A stretch of DNA of 64,000 nt, taken from assembly GCF_002105155.1 (NCBI RefSeq), contig NW_019028980.1, positions 930,001 through 994,000 of the forward strand, read 5' to 3'. Origin of the DNA: Lobosporangium transversale. Lineage: Eukaryota. Positions within the stretch are counted from its first letter, which is position 1; every line of letters starts with the position of its first letter. Positions 1 through 15,276 of the stretch are shown here, one piece after another. A model generated the notes under the pieces. It did not search any database. It was not told the DNA's origin and was given only the letters and a program-made list of their open reading frames with translations. The position numbers and the translations under genes are program-made.

Positions 1-950
1 TTATAGAACATGTCGGAGGGAAAAAAAGGAACAGATGAGACTTTTTAAGACAAAAATTTACGCTTTGGCCCCTGTCTGCAACACACACACACGCTTCGAC
101 CACTCGGCGGGTTCTCACTGTACAGGAACAAGCCCTTAAAAAAATTTTTTTTCTGCACAGACACTCCCCTCTTTTGCTTTTTTGCTTTGGTACGACAACC
201 AAAAAAAAGAGGGCTCTCAATTTCTTTTTTGCGCTCGCACCCTTTTTCTGTCTCTCATCGAAGACTTGATGTTTATATTACCTATCAGCTCAAATCAAAT
301 AGTCTACTTGTGTTCCTTGTATTCAGTCTTCATGAACAGTCCAATCCGTTTGATGGTCATCGAATTTACTTTCCTCTTCCCCCCCGTGCGCACGCGTGTT
401 TTTCTAAGACAGGTCTTTGTCTCACATCTCTATGCCCTGCGTCTGTGTGCTGCAACAAAGACATAAACAATGCACATCTTCGCACACTACCTGTCGCTTA
501 CTTACTCCACGGTAGTGGTAAAACGATGACTGATAGTGAAATGAAGAATTCTTTTTAAACATATAAATACACCTTTGAACCTCCATCTTTCCTCCTGTTT
601 CCTTGAAACGTCCATTCCTCTCCAAGCGCGGATATACCCCTCCTTTTGTTACCTCTTCCACTTGTTATTTGCACTCTGGGACAATCGCTTCACCTTATAT
701 ACTTATACATAATAAACATACACTCTCCCTACAGAAAAAAGATATATTGTGTACTCTAATATCCGTTTCGTTTCGTCTATCCTCTTTTTTAGCAGCTTTC
801 ACTCTTCGCTCATTCTTGGTTCATTCACTCTTTCAACAATTCTCATTCCAACTTTGAATCATCAACTACAACTTTTTGTTTTTTAAACCTTTTTTTTTTT
901 TTTTTTTTTTTTTAACTACATACTCTTTGTAATATTGTGTTCTACTCAGC

Positions 951-3099
951 ATGCCTCCAATGACAGTGTCTGACTATCCAAATATGATCACACCCAAATA
1001 TTTCCACCAAAATACGGTCATGCCTTTGTCTGAGGCGAACTTGTGCAAGCACACTATGCAGGTAAAGAACCCATTCTCCTTCTCTTTTACCATGATTCTT
1101 TCATTTATTCTTTTCTATGGATCTCGATGAACCAGACATAGAGATAAGGAAGACTTGGATTTAAGGCTCGTAATAAAATTTTCATTCCTTCATCGGATCG
1201 ACATTTGGTTATGAAATTCATCCAGAGAAGGAAACTATTAAACAAAAAAAATTGTCCATGTAACCCCTGTTCACTGCCTCTTTTTTTTCAATCAAAACTT
1301 TGTGTTTCCTTGGTCCCCCGTTCTACGCACCCCGAATTTTGTTACTATAGCATTCCTTCATGTGCCCTTTTTGGGTTGTCTTTTTTTTTTTTGGTCACTT
1401 GTTTTTTTATTTTTTTTATTTTTTTATTTTTTATTGTTTCGATGACTATTCATGCAACACTGTTGATCATTTGACTACTCTCTCCTGTACATCTTTAACA
1501 TTTTACCCTCTATATTAAACACAATCCTTTTTGTTGTTGTTGTTGTTTGCGCAACAGATGAGCCCTGTGTCGCGCCAAGCAAAACTGGTTCATATCATAG
1601 GCTATGTCGATCGGCAACGAGAGCTCGTCTCATCAGAAGAACCCGTTCATCAAGCGATGAAGGCTTCGGCGACCAAGAGTAGTCGTCTTGTTGCTGCTAG
1701 AGGCGCTGGCGCTTCTGCTCCTGCAACTGTCCGTGGGGGCGACGACGAGATGAACAGTGTCATCTATGATGATATCACTCCTTCGGGGACCATAACCCCC
1801 ATGCTTACGTCCACAAACATACATGCACAACTGCCCATTGCGATGCGCATGAGGTCCCAGCAAATCAAGCCCACAACTCACCAACACTCACAACAGTTGT
1901 CCATCAAGAAAACCCCTGAAAAGCGAATGTCAGAACCCATTGTATCGCCTATGGGGATCTTTGCATATCAGCAACAGCAGAATCAACTGCAACTGCGTAG
2001 CCCCTATCGTGATGCGTCTGCTGGCGCAATGGACCCAAGTATGGCTCTGCCTCGTGCCCTCCCCCGAAAATTACCTACCCATAGCTATGACTTGAGCAGT
2101 CTCTACTCCCCTGTAGATTCACATTTCCAGAATGTGGATGAGTATGATGCCCAAAGCCTCAACAGCCCTGCCCAAGACTGGCGACAAGATCCCCGTCTCC
2201 GCCCTATGTACAACCGAAGCCCACTCGTCCGTCAGGACTCTTCTGAATCAATGGAAAGGGCCAAGAAGTTAGGCCGTCTTGGTAACAGCTTTGCGTTCTT
2301 GAGCAAGAGCAAACTTCCTCAGCTGCGACGTAAATCCAGCGAGGGTGTAAAAGAAGAGAATGGTGGCCCTGCCATCAAGCATGAATACGATAATCGCTCG
2401 GATTCAGAAGCGAGCAAGGATCAAAGCCAGAGCCAGAGTCAGAGCCGACTCCAGTCCTTGACCTATAGGTCTGGTCGCGCTGTGAAGGCAGCTATGGCTA
2501 TGGCAGCCATGGCAGCTGGTGCTGGTGCCGGAACTGATTCATCCGAGACACAGTCCGAAGATATCAAGCCTCGAGGCACTGTCAAGCAGCTGTTCATGGA
2601 TGTATTCAAGAAATCGAGCAAGGCTCCTCAAGGCGCTTCTTCCCCTGACGCTGAACCTGAGAACCAAAGGTTCAGTTTATGGTCACCTAACCAACAGCAT
2701 GCTGTTGATATCGAAGATTCTCTGGACTCTTTGAGCAGTGATTACTCTCCTCACACAACAGTTCAGAGCCCTGAGCCAACGCCTTCGTCTACTACTTTGA
2801 GGCCATCGGGATCTTTTGATCGATTGTATAAATATGGTTTTGAAGAAGAAAGCGATGATGATGAGGGAGAGGATACAGAGAAGAAGGGAAAGTCTGGCAA
2901 GCCAGAAGGACAAGATCTGATGCCTATCGCTGCATTGATTCGCGAGTTGTCCGCTTTTGGCTTGGACTATGTGCATCATCAACCTTATTCGTCTCAGCAA
3001 AATACGGCTGCCACTCAAATGGGGCAGGAGCAATCAATTATCAACATTGAGGGTGCAGGGCTTCAACACCACCATCAACGTGTTGTAGCAGCCATGTAA
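951..3099 (+). CDS. Hypothetical protein, 2 exons (951-1061, 1558-3099), mostly Ser/Gln-rich disordered
   Basis: ATG at 951 opens 37 codons ending CAG|GTAAAG; acceptor CAACAG at 1557 joins in frame to the 522-aa ORF, stop 3097-3099. No recognised domain. Confidence 0.75.
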
Positions 3100-3163
3100 A
3101 AAAAGAAAGAAAGAAAACAATCCTGTACAAATTAAGGCGACCTTACAAAAAAAAATAACCATC

Positions 3164-3198
<35 letters not shown>

Positions 3199-4575
3199 CT
3201 AATGATTATCATGGCTCACCCTCAATGCGAAACGCGCGGCGCGCGAATGCTCCTCCAAATCATCACTTATAATGCGTATAATGTGTATAATGCCCCATTC
3301 CCTTCCTTCCTTCATTTTCCTTCTATTCATCTCTTCATTTTCTTCCTTCTCTTTGTATAATTTCTAGTCTACCCAATAATAGTTTAATAGCATAAATATT
3401 TCGTTGTTTTTTTATTTGTTATTTATAAAACACGTGTAAACATAAAATTATTTTTCGAGAACGATCATTCACATTGGTATATGTATATTTATTCTATTAC
3501 AGTATGTTTTATATACATGTTGCCACTAGCTACGGTACCTCTAATCCTAGTTACTGTTGTGAGCCATCGATGTTCTCTTTTCACACACACATTGAAATCC
3601 CTCTATCAATATTAACGTGTCCTTATGCAGCTCTGCACTGGCGCCTGCAATAGAACATCTTTAAAAAAAATTCTCGTTAAAAGTGCAACAGCTGTAAGGC
3701 CTGATCCACACAACCGATTCCTGTCTAAATTACTACAGCCATCCTTACAAAGTCAAGCCAGCTAGTCAGCCCTTCATATACGTACCTTTATAGAAGACAC
3801 ACGCATAAAATCAAGACAGCCATCAGGACCCTCTTGTTGATTTCCACCCTCGGTGTCGGTACCATCCAAGCCATTTGCGCGGTTCACTTCCAGTAGTTCA
3901 ACCCCCAGATGAACAATGTTTGCGTCTTTGACTTTCCAAACTGTTCCAATTTTACTGCCGAGAACGCTTCATCATTTGGGCTTGATGTTTCGTTTGATTT
4001 CGAGTCCGAAGGCAGCCGCCAAAGGATAGATTCAATAGAGAAACCATTGTTTAAGGCAGTCTATGACAAGCAGCTTTTTGAGATGCCATGACCTTACTAA
4101 GACCATTACGACTTACCTCAGACAATAAGGGTCGGACGATGCTTTGTACCTCTGTGTCGGATAAAGAGTCTAGGGTACGCATAGCTACAGAAAGCATGGA
4201 AAGACCCGAATTCAAAACAGAGCAATTTTGTCCGATAAAATCCTAGGAAACAGTTTTTCACGTAAAAAATCTTTTTTGTATTTTATCATGGTATCGTGGT
4301 CCATCATAACGATGACTAGTCGTGAATGACTGGTTCTCACTGATATCAGTGAGTAATGTACAATGTATTCATTGTAAGATGAAGTAGGACCAATGTAGAT
4401 CTTATTAAGGAGCTTCGCCTATTTCATAGATCGGTGGCGTCGCGTCTTTTCTTAATTGGGAAGAGCGTGTGCCCATCAAATTCTTTTTACCTTCATTGTA
4501 AAAAAAAAAAAAAAAAAGAAAGACGAGACCCAGGACAGGACGGAAAGAAAGAAAAAAAAAAAAAAAAACGACAAG

Positions 4576-4852
4576 ATGAAGTTCACGCATAGTTCATACC
4601 TCAAACCATTGCTTCATGCTGCCAAATACCCAACAGCAACTGTGAATGGTGTCTTCTTGGCGGATAAGAACTCTGAGACTATTCGGGATGCGGTTCCATT
4701 CTTCCACTTTTGGCACACCTTGACGCCCATGCTTGAAATCGCCATGACTCAGGTAGAGAACGGACAACAATCTATAGTTGGCAGATGTTACAGGATGACA
4801 TGATGAAGCCAAGTGTCCTGATGATGAATCGTTCAAAAGGGGCATGTTGCCA

Positions 4853-4887
<35 letters not shown>

Positions 4888-5689
4888 AAAAAAATATTCT
4901 GGAAGCAAAACTATGTGTCCTTTCTTCTTACCTTCCCTTTCCCCCTTTCTTGCTCCTCCTTTCCCTTCTAACGATGATTTCCTACCCCTCTCTTCTCTTT
5001 TTTTTTTTTTTTTTTACTTTAGGTTGATCTTTACTGCCAGGCTAATGGACTCAGGATAGTCGGATATTATGAAGCAAATGAGAGAGTAGATGATGAAGCA
5101 TTGTCTTTGGTTGGCCAGAAGATCGCATCTCAAATCCTTCAGATTACTCCAGATGCATTTGCTATTGTGGTAAATATCTATAGTCTGTCATCTCCTCTTC
5201 TTCAAGGGAAAGACGAAGAGAGGGGGGGGGAAACAAATTCATAAGCAAACAATGTTAATGAAAATTAACCGCTCTTTGTTCCTTCATTTTACATTGATAC
5301 TATTTTAGATCAAGAATGACAATATCTCGACAGATAATGTTGCTTTCTTGGTAAGAACGAACTCTATTGATACCCCTTATGCAAAGTCATGTTGTTATTA
5401 TTATCATTATCACTATTATTGAGGCCTCCATTGAAAAAAAAAAAAAAAAAAAAAAAAAATCTCTTCATTTAAATGAAAAATATAGCCCTATCAGTTCAAG
5501 GAAGGACAATGGCGTGTAAGCAAAGGGGCGTTCACAGAGAAGAATGAACAATTCTCACTTGAGAACCCAGCCAGTCCAAGCTTGGTTGTTAAAGCAATTC
5601 AGGATGGCCTCAGCAGCAAATTGGCAGACTTTGATAACCATCTGGAGAATGTCAGTGCAGATTGGTTGACCAACAAGGATATAGCATGA
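4576..5689 (+). CDS. EMC8/9: ER membrane protein complex subunit 8/9 (UPF0172, MPN-like), 4 exons
   Basis: Exons 4576-4752, 5023-5169, 5309-5350, 5486-5689 with GT-AG borders. Motifs YLKPLLHAAKYP..VNGVFL, DAVPFFH, LTPMLEIA, IVGYYEAN and terminal DFDNHLENVSADWLTN are typical of the family. Confidence 0.92.
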
Positions 5690-6906
5690 TTTGGACAATA
5701 TCTCTATTTTGTGAAATAAATAAAAAAAGATGCTGACAAGCGTGAATAGAATGATATACTGGTGTCCATTGCATCCCCTGGCTGTTTTATTTTTTTTTTT
5801 TATTTTTTTTATTTATTTTTACTTTTTTTAATGCTGTTGCCACTACTGCTGTTGTTATTGTTGAAGACCTAACGAGTCGTGGTGACTCTTGACGGAAAAT
5901 ACTGTTCCCTTGGACATATCCCTACTTTCTGCTTTCATGTCTTTCCTTCAAGACCTTGCACCATAACTCGTCAGAATAAAATCAACTTTTCGTAAGTCAA
6001 TAAACGCCAGGTGAACGAATACGTGAAACCTTGGATGGCTCTATCACGGATATAGTACAACGACTAGAATCAAAAACCAGATCGAGATACAGGTCATGTG
6101 TTTATGTTTGTGGTGATCATATCCTTTATATTCCTTTTTCTCCAGGACGATAATATATATACAACAACTTGCGAACCTGATGAGCTGGCAGGAAATAATA
6201 GGAGCCAGACAGAGCCGTATCTCGGGAAGTTGTATTGTTAAGGGGTGTTAATCCCCGGCTCCCATTGTGTTCATTGACATGGATGATATAAAAATACAAG
6301 CGACTCCCTTGTTCGTTGTTATCTCATACTTATCGATCTCGATGGTCTCTTTAATGTATTGTCCATTCCATATAACCACTATTGCCCCCACATGTTTAGT
6401 GGAGAAGGAGTAGAGTCAAGCAAAATGGCGCCTGCAAAAATTAACGGTTCAAGGTCCTGTGTACATGTACATGCACATGCGCATGGCAGTGTGTGTGGTT
6501 TTGTTCCCCTTGCGACTGTCAAAATTAAACAAGTAAACAGATTAACAACTTTAGCTCTTTCTTTTTGCCTTTCTTTCTTACATACTCACGGCATCATTCT
6601 TCACTCCATCGCTTTTTTTTTTTTTTTTTTTTCCTCTCTCTTCTTCTTCTTCTTCTTCCCTCTTCTAAGTTACTCTGCCTAAACTCTGCTCCTCAATCAC
6701 TGGGGATTTTATATTACCTCATCGTTTTATTGCATCATAAACTTTGAACCAACAATCAAGGTCAAAGCTAATTCTTTTAATTTCAATACTAGTCCATTGC
6801 CCAGAGTCCGATTGAAAGAAGAGCTGGTCTCTTGTATATATATATATATATATATATAAGGTCTATTTTTTTTTTTTTATTTTTTATCTCATTAAGTTTA
6901 AAAACC

Positions 6907-7703
6907 ATGTCTGGTCTGGATATTTGGCAAGACGCTACTGAACAAGGAGATGGACAACAGCGGCAACAGCAACGACGACGACAACCAGAGGAACATGAAT
7001 ATGAGCAAGATAGTGATCAGGAGAATGTTCAACCATCACATCGGGCTAAAAAACGAGCGTTGACTGCTGTTGGTGCTGATACTAATAGCGCTCACGCGAC
7101 TACTTCAGGGACTGCATTTACTACTGCCACTACCACTACCACAGCTACAGTAATGGCGAATACCACAACAATGACGCGCGGTGCAGGTTATCCAGCAGAT
7201 ATTGATGCACGACAACAGCTATTGAATCGTGATAAACATCATCAACAGAGACAACAACAACAACAACAACAGCAGCAGCAGCAGCAGCAATCCATTCAGA
7301 ACGACACTGGGGTTATGCAACCTACGCTAAAGAGGCCCCGAGAGACGGCGCATGTGACTGGAACATATATTCAAAGTATATCGAAGGCGGAGTATGAGAA
7401 GCTGCGTCATGCTCATCGTGTACGGCAGCAGCAACTACTACCACAGCGGCATCACCTACCACAAGATCAAATACAACAACAACAACAACAACAGCAGCAA
7501 GTCATTCAGAACGACACTGAGGCTATGCAGCCCACGCAAAAGAGACCCCGAGAGACGGCACATGTGACTGGAACACATATTCAAAGTATATCGAAGGCGG
7601 AGTATGAGAAGCTGCGTCATGCTCATCGCGTACGACAGCAGCAACTACTACCACAGCGGCATCACCTACCACAAGATCAAATACAACAACAGCAACAGCA
7701 GCA

Positions 7704-7763
<60 letters not shown>

Positions 7764-7935
7764 AGTCATTCAGAACGACACTGAGGCTATGCAGCCCACG
7801 CAAAAGAGACCCCGAGAGACGGCACATGTGACTGGAACACATATTCAAAGTGTATCGAAGGCAGAGTATGAGAAGCTGCGTCATGCTCATCGCGTACGAC
7901 AGCAGCAGCAGCAACAACAGCAACAACAACAACAA

Positions 7936-7969
<34 letters not shown>

Positions 7970-8844
7970 GGCAGCAACGGCAGCAGCAGCAGCAACATCG
8001 ACCTTTAACAAAAGAAGAAGAAGAAGAATTACATGCCAAAAGATTTGAGGCATATCGTCAAGAGCTGATCAACAATATCAATTATGGTGACCTTTACACG
8101 GATGATGTTCATGAGTATCGCCATGTGACTCTGCCCAAACAACTCCTTCATCATTGCGTTCCTCCAGAGTTTAGAGTGAAGCCAGACCATACTCATCTGA
8201 GACTTTTAACTGGTAAAAAGCTCTTTTTTCTTTTTTCTTTTTTTTATTTCTTATCATTTATTTCCCATTGCCAAACATAAGCATACACATTCTTCGACTG
8301 TGCTGAATATTATGGCTTTTTAACTAATATCTAAAAAATTATGCATTACTTTTTTTTTTTTTTTTTTTTCCTTTTAGAATCGGAATGGCGTGAGATTGGG
8401 ATCCAAATGTCAGTGGGCTGGGTTAATTTCATGCGTCATGATCCAGAGCCACACGTGCTTTTATTCAGGAGAACGCGTGAATTGGGAGATAGATTGCGAC
8501 GAGAAGCTGCAGAAAAGGAAAAAGAGGAAGCGGAGAAGAAGAAACTAGAGGAAGCAGAGAAGAAGAAACTAGAGGAAGAGGAGAAGAAGAAACAAAAGGA
8601 GGAAAATGCACCAAAGGTAAAGCAAGAAAACGGAGCAGGAGATGTTAATCGACAACAACAACAACAGCAGCAGCAGCAGCAGCACCAGCAGCAACAAAAG
8701 CAACAGTTACAAATACAGCAGGCACAACTAATGCAGCAAAAGCAGAAACAACATCTCCAACAAAAGCAACAATTGCAACAGCAGCAACTTCAGCAAAGGC
8801 AACAACTCCAGCAACAGTTAAAACAAGAGCAGCGCCAAGCATAG
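6907..8844 (+). CDS. Cks1/Suc1-family CDK regulatory subunit with long polyQ/repeat extensions (~590 aa), 2 exons (6907-8212, 8378-8844)
   Basis: Spliced CKS domain [21 protein letters not shown]...[37 protein letters not shown]; intron G|GTAAAA...TTTTAG|AA restores the E codon. Confidence 0.9.
7294..7899 (+). repeat. Three near-identical in-frame tandem repeats (~180 bp core plus variable CAG/CAA tract) inside the CKS gene
   Basis: ATTCAGAACGACACTG... starts at 7294, 7504 and 7768; peptide [39 protein letters not shown] recurs three times. Confidence 0.95.
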
Positions 8845-8984
8845 TAACAACCACAAGTTGGTCATTGTTCTTTTTAGCATATATCATGATTTACAGAAAT
8901 GAGGTGAACTAGTCATACAGGATTCAGAAAAAAAAAAACACATTCATTCACTATCTGATGAAAGAGGCTAACTGATAACCGGAT

Positions 8985-9035
<51 letters not shown>

Positions 9036-9203
9036 CATTGTATAGCTTAGAGAATAAATGTAAACTATTCATTTCTATGCTTTTATGCTTTGTTCTTTAT
9101 TTATTTTGTTTTGTTGTTTTTATGTATACGTAGATCAAATGGGTACAATATGTAAATGTAAAAGGAAAAGATCAGATGCTTTTTTTTTTTTTTTTTTTTT
9201 TTT

Positions 9204-11204
<2,001 letters not shown>

Positions 11205-13390
11205 GGTATTAAAGATGTATGGATGTGGGAAGATAGAATATGACGAGGATAGGAAGAAGGAAAAGGAGAGTAAAGAAAGGGGAAAGAAAAGGAATGAGCA
11301 AAGAAGTGAAAGTGAAGCGATCACTTGAGACGTCTTTTTAAAGGCGAATAACTAAAACAAAAAAAAAAAAAAAAAAAAAAAAGGTTGGGTCATTCCATCC
11401 ATCCATCGGTTTGTTTCTTTTTTTTTTTTTTTTTTTTTAATTGTCCGTGGGATGAATTGAGTCATTTTCTTTTTTAATTCATTCTCCCATGCAACCACCG
11501 AAGGGGCGTTTTTTATCTTTTCTTTCTTTTTTTATATTTCCATTATGCAGTGTGTGAATGTTTGCATTTGCATATTCATAAATGTTTCTTTTGTATCCCC
11601 CCAACATGGCACACACGAAACCAAAAATAATATAATTTATTTTTCATTACTGTAAGTTCGCTAGGGACTCTGACTTGCCCTGAAAATAAAAATTGGCGCA
11701 CTCTTTCCACCATGAATTTGCACTTGCATCTGACTCACTTTTAACACACACATCCAAATAAGAGAGATTCGGGACTGATAGAGCGGAAGGGTGAATAGTA
11801 GTATACCCATTAGATGTTGTTACGGAAGTCTAATAATCCGGAATTCTTACTTCGCCCTCTGGTATGGGGGGAATATCCACGATAAAAATCACATTCAGCT
11901 ACTTGGCGTCAATCTTCAAAAAAAAAAAAAGTTTATGAACTGTGCCGCTGAGACCGTGGATCACGTGAGGACATCAGGGATATAACTGAGTATGTCCTTC
12001 TAGTCAATAAACATTCATTTCCCATAGTCGTAATCCAATTGCATTGCCGATGCTTTATCGATGATTTATCTGGGGAGTTACCGACTTGAATGTAGCAAAT
12101 CAGTATAGATACATGTGCTTTTGCCATATCAGCACCCACAATAATTAGGATAAGGTTGCCAATCGCGTCGTCTAGTATATAACATAGCTCAATCCTATGG
12201 CACATACATATCCATACATGCTTGCCACTTCTCTTGCAGTCTAAAGCGCGACTGGTGCATATCATCAGATCCTCCCAGGTCCCCATGCCCTATAGATGAA
12301 ACAGAGCGCTATATTCGAGATTGAAATAGCTCCCATCGCAAAATTAGTCCCTTGGCAGCGCATATGTGTGTTATTGTTAATTCATTATCGAGTGTGTTAG
12401 ATTGATAGAAACGTTTGGTCAAACAGTAGCACATAAATAAAAAAAAAACTTTAGTTGTTTAATATCCTTAGTCTATTGTTCTTGATTTGTATAAAACTCT
12501 TATTTACTTTGGTTTTCTCTTCATTACTATCATTTTATTATCATTATTAATATTATTATTATTATTATTATTATTGTCATTGTTATTGCTCTAGTTATAA
12601 GCTGTCCATTGCATTTTGTTTACGATAATTAGTCAAAAAGAAACAAGAAGGATAGATCTCAGGGCGATTTATGAGGAGGATTTTGTGAGCTGTCAAATGT
12701 CAAATGTCAGATGTCAGGATGAGCTGTCAGAATTGAATTACGCCGCGCGGCTTTCTTTTCAACATTGCGCGATTTTATTTTTTTTTCTGTTACAAGTTTA
12801 GGCAATCAAAGAGTTAAACCTGTCAAACAAAAGTTGGACAAATATGTTTTTTTTTTTTTTTTTGAGTCTGGGCTGGGCCTTCCTTTTTATTGTCATCGCA
12901 TGCATTCAAGAGGTTGTCAAAAAATAAAACTATAGTCTGATCCTATTGGACCATTGTTTTGCAATAATTGCAATTGTTTTTGAATGGTCGCCTTTTGTCT
13001 TTTGTCTTTTTTTTTTGCAATACTTACTTTTGATTATTAAAGTACCCTACCGACCTGTCAAAACAGAATCGGGCGAACTACTAAAAAAAAATAAAGTCAA
13101 ATTTTGATTGAAGTTGACTCGGGAACATGAAATGTCACCACAGAGGTACTCTCGTGTGCCCACTGTCTGTAAAAAAGACGTTTTTCCCTCCCCTTTCTTC
13201 TCTTTGCTTCCTCATCCCCTCTCCACTCTCTCTTTGTGGCAACATACATACAGCGATATCGTTTATAACTACTTGCTCTTCAACTTGACATATCCTTTCA
13301 AAAACGTCATTACTCTTTGCTATCATTAACATCAACTAATCCTTAACGAATTAATTTCAAACACATTACACACTATCACACTATACCACC

Positions 13391-14981
13391 ATGGACTACC
13401 ATCAATACGACGATGTATGCTCACAATTACTACACCTTAACCATGTAAGTACTCACTCCATCACATTCCCTCTATCAGACATTCCTCAAGCCTAATCTTT
13501 TGAGTTTTTTCTTACATCTCACAATTTCATTTTATTTTTCCCTTCAAACCTAGGCAAGTCGTTATTACTCCAAGGGCTACCAAAGGAGCAAAGCAGTTGC
13601 TTGCTGCCAACTTCATGGCTACACACCTCTTGACAATTCAACCTCTCATGATCACCTCTCTAGCTATCATGAATACAGCTATCATCCATCCCCACTAGCA
13701 AACACCGTGCCTAATTATACATCAACACCTTTATCTATATCTGAAACGTCTGTTGTGAATGTCGAACAGAGCCATGATCATCAATTGATCAATACTTATG
13801 AATGGCTTCCATTCCCACAAGACCAGTACAATCTTGATAGACCTTATGAATCTCAGAATATCTCTCATGATTTGGGCACAGCGACCATGACGACAGCAGC
13901 AACTACACTGGACTCTTTTGGTCCTCCTCCGTATGGAGCATCCGCCCTGTTGGAGAATGGGCCACTTCAAGCACGGAGAACGAAGTCGCCACTAACCCTC
14001 TCATATCTGGCTGATGGATCTCAAGGCACAGAACCCCGTGCCCAACTCTATACCACTACCTTTACTGAAGGTGCTGCTATAACATCCGGCCAGGACGTAG
14101 CGACATTATCGACGCCATCACTGAACCTAGATCCGCGAAGTCTTACTCGCCGTATGAATGAAAGGTCTCTTTCGATATCTTCCTCCGCATCCGCGTCATC
14201 CGCTATTTCTATATCCACTTCAACCTCTTCATGGTCCTCGTGGTCTTCAGCACCATCCGAAATGGATCTAGACGCGGCAGTAAGATGGGATAGCGGCCTC
14301 CAAAATCGACAAGCAGGAGAATGTTCAACGATTCGCAAAAATAAGAAGCTGCCTCCACCAACACTGTCCCCGGCTCTCGTTGTCCCCACTATAACTGCTG
14401 TGTCATCACAACAACAACAACAACAACAACAGGTGCAGCTGCAACATCAAAAACAACAGCAGAAAGCAGAAAGCTGTTGGTCTATTGCAGACGATAATTG
14501 TAGCAACATTAGTGCCTACAGCGGCAGTGAAAGTGATTACGATGATGCCCTTTCAGATACATGGCTTCACTGCCACAGCGACGACCTATTAACGACACCT
14601 TACCATTGTAAGCACTTGGCATTGTCAGCCTCCATCTGGGGCCCAGGTTGGTATCAAGTGGAGCCCTTACCGCCTTCACTCATCAAAGCAATGCAACAAT
14701 ACGAACAGGAATTACAGGCACAAGCGCTTGAGAAGGCCACTGCTGCTCAGCCAGCCACAAACTTAAGGGCAAAATCCAAAAAGGCGAAAAAGCAAGCAAG
14801 AGCTGCTGCTGCTGCTGCTGCTGCTACTGCTACTGAAATCACCGCCACCAGTTCCATCACAGGACAAGCAGCAAACTCTGAGATAAAGGACACATCTTTT
14901 GCTTCAAGAGCTACAAACCCAAAGGTCTCATCCACATTGTGTTCGGCTCGTTTACCGCGTAGTCTTCAGTTTATTGACTAG
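13391..14981 (+). CDS. Hypothetical low-complexity protein, 2 exons (13391-13444, 13554-14981)
   Basis: ACCATGG start context, CAT|GTAAGT donor, CCTAG acceptor in frame with the 424-aa ORF. Only a short folded-looking block (CKHLALSASIWGPGWYQVEPLP). Confidence 0.7.
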
Positions 14982-15051
14982 AAATCATCTTGAAAATAAA
15001 CATCGATTTTTTTATTTTTATTTTTTTTTCCATTTTATTTTTAATTTTTTT

Positions 15052-15090
<39 letters not shown>

Positions 15091-15276
15091 GGACTTGATA
15101 TGATGAATGCTTTATAATTTGCTCCGCCCTTTCTGACGATTTTTTTCTTGAGGGAGAACATATTGTGCTGACTGGGAAAGTTACCTGAATTATCACTGTT
15201 AACCCACTGTTGTTGCTGCTGTTGTTGCTGCTGCTGCTGTTGTTGTTGCTGTTACCGCTGATGTTGTTTGTTATGT

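Noticed and set aside
7294..7899. CRISPR-like repeat array
   Set aside because: Repeats are in-frame coding units with polyQ linkers in a eukaryotic gene; no unique spacers or cas genes.
11791..12370. ORFs 11791-11985 and 11933-12286 as genes
   Set aside because: No motifs or supporting exon structure; may be a decayed remnant but cannot be supported.
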